The translations under genes were made by a program, and so were the position numbers. From assembly GCA_964057225.1 (NCBI GenBank), contig OZ059895.1, positions 9,610,001 to 9,674,000 on the forward strand: 64,000 bases of DNA, written 5' to 3'. Positions 22,501 to 32,200 of this stretch are shown here, piece after piece (position 1 is the first letter of the stretch; each line of letters opens with the position of its first letter). Below the pieces are notes generated by a model. That model made no database searches and was not told where the DNA came from. It saw only the letters and a program-made list of their open reading frames with translations. The DNA is from Auanema rhodensis. Lineage: Eukaryota > Animalia > Nematoda.

Positions 22501-23389
22501 CTAACTTTGTTAGTCCTACTAGTCTTTCCCATGTTCCACCTTTCCATGGAGCCTGTGTTGTGTTGAAGTACCATTTAATATTCTTTTCGGCAAGATAATT
22601 GGTTAATGTTTTTTCATTTTTAGATTCATGATTTTCTGTGTAAAACTCTATTACTTTAGCACTTAATAAGAAATTTCCTCCATTATCGCTTCGTATTATT
22701 TCTGGAATACCTCTTCTTCCAATGAACCTTTCGAAAGCGTTTAAGAATGCTTTTGTTGATTGTTCAAAAACTATTTCTAAGTGTATAGCTCTTATAGCTA
22801 AACAAGTAAACAGACATATAAATATCTTTTTACCATCCTTTATGGTTATTGGACCTAATAAGTCACAACCTGTACTCATGAATGGTTTTGTTAGAATTAC
22901 TCTATCCTTAGGCAATGCTGGCATTAAGGACGTTCCAAACGGCAAGGCGTTGTATCTATTGCAGATTGTGCATGTTTTGAGAACTGATCTGACTATGCTT
23001 GATGGTTTACTTAAAAAGTATTTTTGACGCAAGAGTGTTAGAACAAAGTCTCGCCCTTGATGCATGCATTCTCTGTGTAAATGCATAATTATGTGTTCTG
23101 TGTACGGAGAATCCCTTGGAAGATATATGGGATTTTGAGTTTCAAACGGTAATTCCGAGTTGTTCAATCTACTACGAACTCTGATTATTTCTTCATCGAG
23201 AAAAAATACAAAACCTTCATGTTTTTTCGTGAGGAGATCTATTGTTACATGCTGTTGTGCTTTACTTATTAGTAGTTTGGTTATAATCTCAATATCATTA
23301 GCTGTAGTTTGCCAGTTTTCATCTAATTGCATTACCTTATTTAACCTTGTTATAGCTGTGGGATGTACTTTTATGATCCAATGTCTCAA
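19550..23389 (-). CDS. Integrase (H2C2 zinc finger, DDE core, DUF5641-like) fused to envelope with phlebovirus Gc-like domain
   Basis: H..CMH.G/C..C, GCDLLGP, FTCLAIRAIHLE, SDNG, PWKGG.WERLVG, LNTRPL, W.LGRI, YPLE. Then Cys-rich Gc from ~21070 with CYGTGSC, CARRCGSLFCGCWSLEDGC.FY and a C-terminal transmembrane segment. Confidence 0.93.
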   Translation of the reverse strand: MRHWIIKVHPTAITRLNKVMQLDENWQTTANDIEIITKLLISKAQQHVTIDLLTKKHEGFVFFLDEEIIRVRSRLNNSELPFETQNPIYLPRDSPYTEHIIMHLHRECMHQGRDFVLTLLRQKYFLSKPSSIVRSVLKTCTICNRYNALPFGTSLMPALPKDRVILTKPFMSTGCDLLGPITIKDGKKIFICLFTCLAIRAIHLEIVFEQSTKAFLNAFERFIGRRGIPEIIRSDNGGNFLLSAKVIEFYTENHESKNEKTLTNYLAEKNIKWYFNTTQAPWKGGTWERLVGLTKLALYKTIGNRLMSIDDIHTIIVKIETILNTRPLTHPNPSNLNILPIRPCDFLNHSIRFTLSSNVSNTRIYDKTINSRTIQTIEQAIEAIELSNDVTQLFWKKFYSEYLLYLRDIYKHNRKQPATNAKKPQEGEVIIIQNEDSSRGKWKLGRIIELIKSADGEVRSAKLITGTGLITTCSLNHIYPLEVRNAEAAPFASEPHSMRYNKKYQVNPVLITETVIQKGNRVENVEIIENTQESEQSNNVIPLEIYTPNMNIINDAGDENDSNNTNLEQEEDQTNEITLQTENKSKPSNLNRWFRTRTQGSQAAVRSYFKKNKMKTNVPKVALLGIIPTIEATCQSSELLTAEALYFPQCNPLTTLITFFIPIILLFAILAICKRVLKAHKNDQYWYKFLNDNWQTIQTEVRSGKPNSKILTSSDDVAVQKENTVTTKFDNVTPKWKNDIPETIKIPNYMRTSSFTSLQLSIALMVLLITVESCSNSHIKHSINIICINRTNCYQEYDNEINFNKGIRDACLEFIYQNKSIGKIEITKKPTEYIRQKSTLYYTRKSTIQYKTQYSCYGTGSCNHTCEAINPIGQLQEFDKEEGPTQVGCARRCGSLFCGCWSLEDGCSFYQTEFKPINEIVYEIVECDSWEINIPLEVKYDLFKHKANINILLKPYDTVNFPNFNISLISHIVPPTRYLNTKYALSTINSYYMEPHTMSEVACKTKYQTTNEFNSCKILKLCNCKISKREELTCTCPSDNIFNQANLLPMNTKNTLITMKENKLTLIPQTDESTVVLQLQGNVSSRTFLYDFPCRPEFKKLSGCHSCRRTAVAEFMCISQKDSWITMQCSENIYMIECAPHMPLTAVEYYSEHSEIYEECFVTCANEKHHVIIQGTLQWDSEIPDVEKTIINIVTNANTWRNILDVIKTNWALSLCFLLITVFIPVVSYIIGVQTIIIIIISIQKLIIQIIKIVRIITSLVRKMLRNPRHRAESSTNKN

Positions 23390-23443
23390 GAATTTACTTA
23401 ATTTAACTATAGTTTTCAGTAAGGTATAGTTGTTGCTACGTAA

Positions 23444-25558
23444 TTAAAATATATCTTCAACTGGTATTTGTGTTATTTGTTGTTGTTCAACGGTATCGAT
23501 CAAGGTTGTTATATTCCAAATAGGCTCATATTCAATTTCTTCAATGTGTGATTTTGTTTGGGTTAACCATTGTGGTCCTTTAATCCACATAGAATCACTT
23601 ATTTCTTGGAGACAAGCTCCTCGAGAACCAATATCGGCTGGGTTATAATCACCATTCACATGAAAAAGTTTGATTTTAATGTTATTTTCCTTCAATTTAT
23701 CTATATACTTCCATACATTGTCGACGCGACAGCCTACATATGGTGGTAAAGTTTTCTGATGGTTAGCTATCCAATGTAAGGCTACCTTACTGTCACTGGC
23801 TACGTGTACGGTTTTAAGATGATTGGTTGTAGATGTGACATTATCAGCTAACATAATACCTAATAGTATGACAATGAGTTCTAGTCTTGGGATAGTTAGA
23901 TTTCCCTTTTTTGCAATTTTCGACTTTCCGCTTACAAGTTGGCTTATTTTACCATTGGTTTCAATGTATGTGCAGGCAGCAATGGCTAGTTTACTAGCAT
24001 CAGTAAATACCCATAATATAGAGTCATTCAGGTTTAACTTTCTTTCAAGTCTCAATTCCTTTTCATTTAATAATTCATTTATGGCTAAATTCCATTTATG
24101 TGTTATTTCTTTGGGTAATTCAACATCCCAACCCTTGAATTGATCACTTGATTCTCTTAATAATAATTTTAATGGTAAAATCAATGGGCTTGCCATACCT
24201 AATGGATCAAATATTGAATGTATTTGACTTAACATGTTCCTGTGCGTATTGATTTCAAATTTCTTTAATTTAAGTATAAGAACGAATAAATCTAATTTTG
24301 TATCATAATTTAAACCAAAAATTTTGGTGGTATTATGTGGGTATTTGTCTTCAATGTTCATATCTTCAGTAACTTTTGGATTGTTGCTCATAAATTCTCT
24401 TAAATTCATAGAAATGCCTTGTAAGATTTTCTTGGCTTTTTCGCATTTTATCTTAGCTTCTTCAACACTGTTTGCATATAAAATTATATTGTCAACATAT
24501 AAGGAATCGAGCAAGTGACTAGCGTAAGGGTCGGTATGATTATTGAGGTACCAAGCTAAGCTCATGCTTAATATACCCGGGGACGCTGTTATACCAAATG
24601 GTAGCCGTTTGAATTGGTATGTCATGACGTTATATTTATTTACCGATTCATTTTCGTTTCTAATCCAGAAAAATTTACAATATTTTCTGTGCTCTTCTTT
24701 AATACTTATTTGTAAAAATGCTGACTCAATGTCGCAGGTTATTATTATTGGACTTTTTCTACATTTTATTAATATATCATGAATTTTGTGAATAAATGTT
24801 TGGCCTGAATGCATAACTTGGTTCAACGATGGACTATTTTTTTGTTTTGCTGAAGCATCAAACACGATTCTTAAAGGTCGAGCTTTTTCTTTTCTCCACA
24901 CTCCATGATGTGGTAAGAAAAATCCATCTTCGGCTGATTCATCAACAATTGGCTCGATAATTCCCTTTTGAATGTATTCATTTATTAATTTTTTATACCA
25001 TTCTAGTTGTTCTTTATTAGAGTGTAGATTTCTCCATAATGTCATAAATCTATGAAAAGCTGGCCATTTATTATTTTTCAATTTATTCAAATAATTTTTA
25101 AATGGAAACGGAGCTTCAATTCTCCCGGCTTTAATGGATAGTTCTTTACTATATTTTTTAAGATAATTCTCTGCTTCTGCATTGTTATCTACGATGGTGC
25201 TTATTCCAATAGTATCGATAAGGAAAAGCTCTTTCAGTTTTGTTTCTGGAGGTGGTTCATGACTTTGTTCCTCTTCAATGCTACATAAAGTTACAATTTT
25301 TTCAAGTTTAGTTTCTCCATTTATAAAAGTTCCAAATACAGATCCTTTACATAAAAGATCAGAGGGAAGTCTGAATTCTTCATTGTCTTTTACAAACAAT
25401 TTTAATCTATCTTGTCCAATCAAAACATCCGGTTCAAAAACTTCCCCATTTGTATCGGTATTGGCTAATATAATATTGTTTTCTTTAATGAAACTCAAAT
25501 CCTTTCTTGAAAGATAAGGACTATATATGTGGGAACTGATTTTTGGTTTAGTGAGCAT
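23444..25558 (-). CDS. BEL/Pao pol: protease C-terminus, reverse transcriptase, Pao-type RNase H
   Basis: PDVLIGQD, FLPHHGV, LRIVFDAS, DIESAFLQI, RLPFG, YVDN, FDPLG, FTDAS, TIPRLEL, NPADIGSRG. In frame with the integrase ORF across a single TAA. Confidence 0.95.
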   Translation of the reverse strand: MLTKPKISSHIYSPYLSRKDLSFIKENNIILANTDTNGEVFEPDVLIGQDRLKLFVKDNEEFRLPSDLLCKGSVFGTFINGETKLEKIVTLCSIEEEQSHEPPPETKLKELFLIDTIGISTIVDNNAEAENYLKKYSKELSIKAGRIEAPFPFKNYLNKLKNNKWPAFHRFMTLWRNLHSNKEQLEWYKKLINEYIQKGIIEPIVDESAEDGFFLPHHGVWRKEKARPLRIVFDASAKQKNSPSLNQVMHSGQTFIHKIHDILIKCRKSPIIITCDIESAFLQISIKEEHRKYCKFFWIRNENESVNKYNVMTYQFKRLPFGITASPGILSMSLAWYLNNHTDPYASHLLDSLYVDNIILYANSVEEAKIKCEKAKKILQGISMNLREFMSNNPKVTEDMNIEDKYPHNTTKIFGLNYDTKLDLFVLILKLKKFEINTHRNMLSQIHSIFDPLGMASPLILPLKLLLRESSDQFKGWDVELPKEITHKWNLAINELLNEKELRLERKLNLNDSILWVFTDASKLAIAACTYIETNGKISQLVSGKSKIAKKGNLTIPRLELIVILLGIMLADNVTSTTNHLKTVHVASDSKVALHWIANHQKTLPPYVGCRVDNVWKYIDKLKENNIKIKLFHVNGDYNPADIGSRGACLQEISDSMWIKGPQWLTQTKSHIEEIEYEPIWNITTLIDTVEQQQITQIPVEDIF

Positions 25559-25583
25559 TTCAGTTACAATTAAATTTTTCTCT

Positions 25584-27383
25584 TTAGTATAGAATATTCG
25601 TGTTAACTATACTTGAAACATGAGAATGTTTCATTCCTCCAATACCATGAAATGTTTTTCTATGTTTGGATTTAACTGGTAGTTTCATCCTTTTTGCTAG
25701 ATCTTCTCTGATAAAAGATCGTTGAGAACAATCATCAAAAAAAATGTTAACTTTCTCATAACTATCGCTATTGTAATTGAACAAATTTGCTTTTGCTGTT
25801 CGTAAAATTATTTGGCCTTTTTCTACGTCATGATTACTAACAATTGTGGTTAAACTTGTGGGTTCTTCATGTGCTTTCTTTGGAATAATTGTTTGATTAT
25901 TTCTGGTCTTTTCTTCATCATTATCCCTTTGTAAAGAAATGTTGGTGATGACTCCATTTCTATTCTGATTTCTTTTATTTTGGTAACAAACTGAAATGTT
26001 GTGATCATCATGACAGCTGTTGCATTTAAACTTTGGCCATGTGCAGTTTTTGCTTTGATGATTGTCTGCTAAGCATACATAACATAGCCTTTTTTCTCTT
26101 AAAATTTTCCTTTTTTCCGTTGTTTCAACAGGACACATATGGCTATTGTGTGAATTGTTCGCGCAAAAAACGCAATTCCTTCTTTGTTTCAAATCTTTAA
26201 CTTCATTCAATCGAAATTGTTTTTTAGTTTGATCACCATCTGGATTTTTTCTTTTTTCATTGTTACTGAGATACAGTGATTCAGTGTTTTCAGTCATCTG
26301 TAGTAGTTTTACTTGCGCCGAAATATGTTCAATGATCTTCTCGTGAGACCATTCAAAATTTTGTTTGATGTGAATATCTTTGATTATTTCAAATGGGAAT
26401 TTATTGAGTACGGTAGCAACATAAAGCTCTTTGGTTAAAGATCCTCCCGCCGCTTGAATCTGTCGCAGCAGAGCTTTTATCTCTCTTAGCGTTTGAGCAC
26501 AATTATCGGCTCGTCTTGAAGCTTTTGGCACCTTATTCAACTTGTTGATCAGCGTTGCTGTATCAACAGCGTATGAGGAATATTCTTCCTTCAAACAATT
26601 TTTCATAAACTCATAGTTTTCTTCGGTACCGGGAATTCCCCTAAGAAGATATTCGGCTTCACCTGATAAGGACTCACATAGGAAGTTCACTTTTTCACTT
26701 ATAGAGAAAGATTCATTGTTATCAATCATTCTCATGAATCTATCCCAGAATAAAGGGAATTTTTCCGGAGTACCGTCAAAGGTTGGAGTTTTTAATACGG
26801 GTCTTTGCAGTATTTGGTTAATCAGTCTTACTTCATTAACATGCTGATCATGCACTACCTGATCGGGTAAACTGTTTTGTTTTTCTTGTACCTCGTTTGT
26901 ACAATTTTCATATTCTTTTTCTTCTGTATATTCAACTCTTTCCCGAAGTTGTTGTAATTCAAGTTGTATTTCCATATCTTTGATTTTTTCTTTATTTTTA
27001 TCAATAAGATTTTTTAAGAATATCAATTTGTCATTTAATTCCAGATTTATTAACGTGGCATTGCCACGGATGTCTCCTTTTTCACCTTCTTCGAATTTTG
27101 TAAATTTTTTGTTTAATTCTTTTTGGTGCTCTTCTTCTAAAAGCTCACAAACTCTTTGAAAATTAATTTCAATGGTTTCAATTGATTGGAGTTTATTCTC
27201 CAAAATATTCAAGTAATTTTTAACTTTTGCACATTCATTCTCTTGCACGATAATTTGATTTACCGGCTCAGACAATTCTGAGTAATCGGTCATTTTCTTA
27301 TAATTTTCAACTTTAGAATTCAGTTTATTCAAAAATTCTAATTCTCTCCCCATTTGGAGAATATATCTTTGAGCGGAGGACAT
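25584..27383 (-). CDS. BEL/Pao Gag (DUF1759-like, three zinc knuckles) plus protease start
   Basis: PTFDG...F..FW, K..FL...L.GEA, CVFC/CYVC/CNSC knuckles, FFDDCSQRSFI. First ATG at 27383. Frameshift to pol near 25590. Confidence 0.92.
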   Translation of the reverse strand: MSSAQRYILQMGRELEFLNKLNSKVENYKKMTDYSELSEPVNQIIVQENECAKVKNYLNILENKLQSIETIEINFQRVCELLEEEHQKELNKKFTKFEEGEKGDIRGNATLINLELNDKLIFLKNLIDKNKEKIKDMEIQLELQQLRERVEYTEEKEYENCTNEVQEKQNSLPDQVVHDQHVNEVRLINQILQRPVLKTPTFDGTPEKFPLFWDRFMRMIDNNESFSISEKVNFLCESLSGEAEYLLRGIPGTEENYEFMKNCLKEEYSSYAVDTATLINKLNKVPKASRRADNCAQTLREIKALLRQIQAAGGSLTKELYVATVLNKFPFEIIKDIHIKQNFEWSHEKIIEHISAQVKLLQMTENTESLYLSNNEKRKNPDGDQTKKQFRLNEVKDLKQRRNCVFCANNSHNSHMCPVETTEKRKILREKRLCYVCLADNHQSKNCTWPKFKCNSCHDDHNISVCYQNKRNQNRNGVITNISLQRDNDEEKTRNNQTIIPKKAHEEPTSLTTIVSNHDVEKGQIILRTAKANLFNYNSDSYEKVNIFFDDCSQRSFIREDLAKRMKLPVKSKHRKTFHGIGGMKHSHVSSIVNTNILY

Positions 27384-27483
27384 TATTTTAGCCTTCCTCA
27401 ATGGATATTTCAGATTCAGCGATATTTTTATCGTCTTATTGTTTCTTGACAAGTGATTTCTTGTCAACTCGGATTTTCTACGA

Positions 27484-27576
27484 GTTCTTCGGAATTTTAT
27501 TTCTCCGGCGGTTCTATATAACCTTTAACACAGTGTTCTTCGGAATTTATTTCTCCGGCGGTTCTATATAACCTTT
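27484..27576. repeat. Direct repeat (~43 bp x2) in the retroviral leader
   Basis: GTTCTTCGGAATTT(T)ATTTCTCCGGCGGTTCTATATAACCTTT at ~27484 and ~27535. Confidence 0.85.
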
Positions 27577-27611
27577 GTTTTAAACTTTCCTTATCAGTAA
27601 GCAACTGAATT

Positions 27612-27629
27612 ATCCTGCCGTGGTCGCCA
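27612..27629 (-). promoter_or_regulatory. Primer binding site, tRNA-Arg
   Basis: TGGCGACCACGGCAGGAT, 2 nt inside the LTR. Complementary to a tRNA 3' end ...ATCCTGCCGTGGTCG-CCA, which I recognise as nematode tRNA-Arg(ACG). Confidence 0.85.
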
Positions 27630-27631
27630 AA

Positions 27632-27960
27632 TGTCGCTTGACAACTGGACTTTTACCTCCAAGTATCAGTCCAAGTATGGAGTTGGTTCGTATGAGTGCG
27701 GTATTATGCGTTAAGGCAAGTTAAATGAAGAAAGGTTTATTCAACAAATGCAACAACAGTAAAGTGAACAAGTGGATTGATTTTAGAATTTCCTAGAAAA
27801 TCCTAAAATCAATACAAAATTGGTGAGACATAAAATTTTAACCATTTGGTTCTCCCTTTTATAGGGAGGCACCAGATGGTTAAAGGGAATGGAGTTAATC
27901 AAAAAAATACAAACAAAACGTTACCGCAATAAAGTACGTATTTTCACGTTGACCGTGACA
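27632..27960 (-). repeat. BEL/Pao 5' LTR (329 bp), shared with an upstream tandem copy
   Basis: Direct repeat of 17771-18099, flanked by the PBS on one side and a PPT on the other. Confidence 0.93.
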
Positions 27961-28650
27961 TTCCCGGCATTACGTATATCTTTTACGTTTGACGTCTCCA
28001 CAGACCACTCCATGGTGAGTATAGGCCTTGCACTTATAGCAGAATATTTCGCACATTGCTGAATGTTTTGGGTTTAAACATTTTATGCATAGCCCCAATT
28101 CGTGTAAGCGTATGGTATGCTCTGGGGACGAGGGGTAAATCGGACAAGCAGCTGCGGCAATGTATAAAAAGCCTGTACAAAGGATTACTTCTTATGTATA
28201 TTATTTGGATAAATAAACTTGATGTTATCAAAGATTGAAGATCTTGATAAAAAGATTTGTTTGTTTATAATTGTTGCATTTGTTTCTATATGTAGTGATT
28301 TTCTTTTGTTTATATTATTTTTATAACCTATTTTGCTTGTTTATATTTTTTACTACTGTACTACGTGTGATTAGTAATTTAATTTTTATTGTATTCGTGA
28401 AGTTTTTGTACTTCCCTCTTGAACTTTTCTATTGTTTTCTTTAGATTCAAAAAATTTTTTATTTTTATTTTTTATTTTTATAGTTGTAATTGTTGCAGAT
28501 GTCACAATTACAGTATCAGGTTGAAGAGGAGATTGGAGAAGACGAGCTCGGTCCATATGAACTATGCGAACGATGCAAGGCGCAGGACACTCATCGCATA
28601 CGGGAGGGCCCGGTAAGCTTATTATTTTTTATTTTATTTTATTTATTTAT
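27961..28650 (-). mobile_element. 3' remnant of a second tandem BEL/Pao copy
   Basis: Matches 18100 to ~19190 (PPT, accessory ORF end, antisense exon 1 at 28499-28612) with a ~390-bp deletion near 28155. Confidence 0.9.
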
Positions 28651-28689
28651 TCATCAATGGTTTATTTATTAATTTATCAATGGTTTACC

Positions 28690-28864
28690 TACTTATCCTT
28701 GTTATAGTTTTTTTTCCAATTTTATGTTAGTTATGTAATTTTCCACGTTTCATCTGGATCCCTCAATGATATCAAATCTTATGAGCTCCAAATACAATAA
28801 ATTAAAAAAGGTTTCATAGTTGCATAGTGTTTAAACAATGTTTGTTTTGATAGGAAATAGATAG
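28690..28864 (-). repeat. Partial satellite monomer, reverse orientation
   Basis: Reverse complement of monomer segment CTATCTATTTCC...GGATAAGTA. Confidence 0.9.
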
Positions 28865-29255
28865 AGGAACATTACAATGGGATAGTGAAATCCCAGATGT
28901 TGAAAAAACAATCATCAACATTGTGACAAATGCTAACACCTGGAGAAATATTTTGGATGTAAGTAAAACAAATTGGGCATTATCATTATGCTTCCTCCTG
29001 ATAACTGTTTTCATTCCAGTATTATCTTATATAATAGGAGTACAAGCAATAATTGTAATCATCATAATCATACAAAAATTAATCGTTCAGATGATAAAAA
29101 TTGTGATGATAACTACATCATTAATGAGAAAAATGCTCAGAAATCCTAGACACAGAGCTGAGTCTGGCACAAATAAAAATTAAAACACTAATCTTACTGT
29201 AGTAATAATAAAAAAAAAAAAACTTTATTAATTAGCTATAAGAACAATTTAAAAA
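28865..29255 (+). pseudogene. Inverted fragment of BEL/Pao env C-terminus (transmembrane and tail) and 3' flank
   Basis: GTLQWDSEIP...RAESGTNKN* matches ~19868-19480 in the opposite orientation, with several substitutions. Confidence 0.92.
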
Positions 29256-29281
29256 CACTTAAAAAAAAATAAAAATAAACA

Positions 29282-32200
29282 GTAACAAATGTTTTCAATT
29301 TTCAAGCACTTTTACTTAGATAGCTCAACCAAAGGAAAGCAAATTATCTTCAATTTTATTTCTATATTACAGTTATAAACCAGTAGGTAATGAAACCTTC
29401 ATCTTGAATTTACTGTTTCTATCTATTTCCTATCAAAACAAACATTGTTCAAACACTATGCAACTATGAAACCTTTTTTAATTTATTGTATTTGGAGCTC
29501 ATAAAATTTGATATCATCGAGGGATCCAGATGGAACGTGGAAAATTACATAACTAACATGAAATTGGAAAAAAAAGTATAACAAGGATAAGTATGTTAAC
29601 GATTGAATATCAGATATTTTCGCTTACGACCATACCACGTTGAAAGTACGCCATACAGCTGATTTTTAATTTTATCTTTTCCGTAACAAATGTTTTCAAT
29701 TTTCAAGCACTTTTACTTAGATAGCTCAACCAAAGGAAAGCAAATTATCTTTAATTTTATTTCTATATTACAGTTATAAACCAGCAGGTAATGAAACCTT
29801 CATCTTGAATTTACTGTTTCTATCTATTTCCTATCAAAACAAACATTGTTCAAACACTATGCAACTATGAAACCTTTTTTAATTTATTGTATTTGGAGCT
29901 CATAAAATTTGATATCATCGAGGGATCCAGATGGAACGTGGAAAATTACATTACTAACATGAAATTGGAAAAAAAAGTATAACAAGGATAAGTATGTTAA
30001 CGATTGAATATCAGATATTTTCGCTTACGACCATACCACGTTGAAAGTACGCCATACAGCTGATTTTCAATTTTATCTTTTCCGTAACAAATGTTTTCAA
30101 TTTTCAAGCACTTTTACTTAGATAGCTCAACCAAAGGAAAGCAAATTATCTTCAATTTTATTTCTATATTACAGTTATAAACCAGTAGGTAATGAAACCT
30201 TCATCTTGAATTTACTGTTTCTATCTATTTCCTATCAAAACAAACATTGTTCAAACACTATGCAACTATGAAACCTTTTTTAATTTATTGTATTTGGAGC
30301 TCATAAAATTTGATATCATCGAGGGATCCAGATGGAACGTGGAAAATTATATAACTAAAATGAAATTGGAAAAAAAAATATAACAAGGATAAGTATGTTA
30401 ACGATTGAATAACAGATATTTTCGCTTACGACCATACCACGTTGAAAGTACGCCATACAGCTGATTTTCAATTTTATCTTTTCCGTAACAAATGTTTTCA
30501 ATTTTCAAGCACTTTTACTTAGATAGCTCAACCAAAGGAAAGCAAATTATCTTCAATTTTATTTCTATATTACAGTTATAAACCAGTAGGTAATGAAACC
30601 TTCATCTTGAATTTACTGTTTCTATCTATTTCCTATCAAAACAAACATTGTTCAAACACTATGCAACTATGAAACCTTTTTTAATTTATTGTATTTGGAG
30701 CTCATAAAATTTGATATCATCGAGGGATCCAGATGGAACGTGGAAAATTACATAACTAACATGAAATTGGAAAAAAAAGTATAACAAGGATAAGTATGTT
30801 AACGATTGAATATCAGATTTTTTCGCTTACGACCATACCACGTTGAAAGTACGCCATACAGCTGATTTTCAATTTTATCTTTTCCGTAACAAATGGTTTC
30901 AATTTTCAAGCACTTTTACTTAGATAGCTCAACCAAAAGAAAGCAAATTATCTTCAATTTTATTTCTATATTACAGTTATAAACCAGTAGGTAATGAAAC
31001 CTTCATATTGAATTTACTGTTTCTATCTATTTTCTATTAAAACAAACATTGTTCAAACACTATGCAACTATGAAACCTTTTTTAATTTATTGTATTTGGA
31101 GCTCATAAAATTTGATATCATCGAGGGATCCAGATGGAACGTGGAAAATTACATAACTAACATGAAATTGGAAAAAAAGTATAACAAGGATAAGTATGTT
31201 AACGATTGAATATCAGATATTTTCGCTTACGACCATACCACGTTGAAAATACGCCATACAGCTGATTTTCAATTTTATCTTTTCCGTAACAAATGTTTTC
31301 AATTTTCAAGCACTTTTACTTAGATAGCTCAACCAAAGGAAAGCAAATTATCTTCAATTTTATTTCTATATTACAGTTATAAACCAGTAGGTAATGAAAC
31401 CTTCATCTTGAATTTACTGTTTCTATCTATTTCCTATCAAAACAAACATTGTTCAAACACTATGCAACTATGAAACCTTTTTTAATTTATTGTATTTGGA
31501 GCTCATAAAATTTGATATCATCGAGGGATCCAGATGGAACGTGGAAAATTATATAACTAAAATGAAATTGGAAAAAAAAATATAACAAGGATAAGTATGT
31601 TAACGATTGAATAACAGATATTTTCGCTTACGACCATACCACGTTGAAAGTACGCCATACAGCTGATTTTCAATTTTATCTTTTCCGTAACAAATGGTTT
31701 CAATTTTCAAGCACTTTTACTTAGATAGCTCAACCAAAAGAAAGCAAATTATCTTCAATTTTATTTCTATATTACAGTTATAAACCAGTAGGTAATGAAA
31801 CCTTCATATTGAATTTACTGTTTCTATCTATTTTCTATTAAAACAAACATTGTTCAAACACTATGCAACTATGAAACCTTTTTTAATTTATTGTATTTGG
31901 AGCTCATAAAATTTGATATCATCGAGGGATCCAGATGGAACGTGGAAAATTACATAACTAACATGAAATTGGAAAAAAAGTATAACAAGGATAAGTATGT
32001 TAACGATTGAATATCAGATATTTTCGCTTACGACCATACCACGTTGAAAATACGCCATACAGCTGATTTTCAATTTTATCTTTTCCGTAACAAATGTTTT
32101 CAATTTTCAAGCACTTTTACTTGGTTAGCTCAACCAAAGGAAAGCAAATTATCTTCAATTTTATTTCTATATTACAGTTATAAACCAGTAGGTAATGAAA

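Larger units (their letters stand above)
17771..27960 (-). mobile_element. BEL/Pao (Belpaoviridae) endogenous retrovirus with phlebovirus-like envelope, near full length
   Basis: Paired 329-bp LTRs, PBS, PPT, gag-PR-RT-RH-IN-env order, YVDN RT motif. Confidence 0.96.

Noticed and set aside
19984-25517. Short ORFs overlapping the BEL/Pao polyprotein, mostly on the plus strand
   Set aside because: Shadow frames of a long coding region, lacking the splice and poly(A) signals seen for the 19034-19457 gene.
29377-29397. SL1-like sequence GGTTTCATTACCTA on the minus strand of each monomer (nematode 5S units often carry SL1)
   Set aside because: Only 12 of the first 14 nt match, with no GAG|GT donor or clear Sm site, and the diverged monomers do not keep it. 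A covariance-model search would be needed to revive it.
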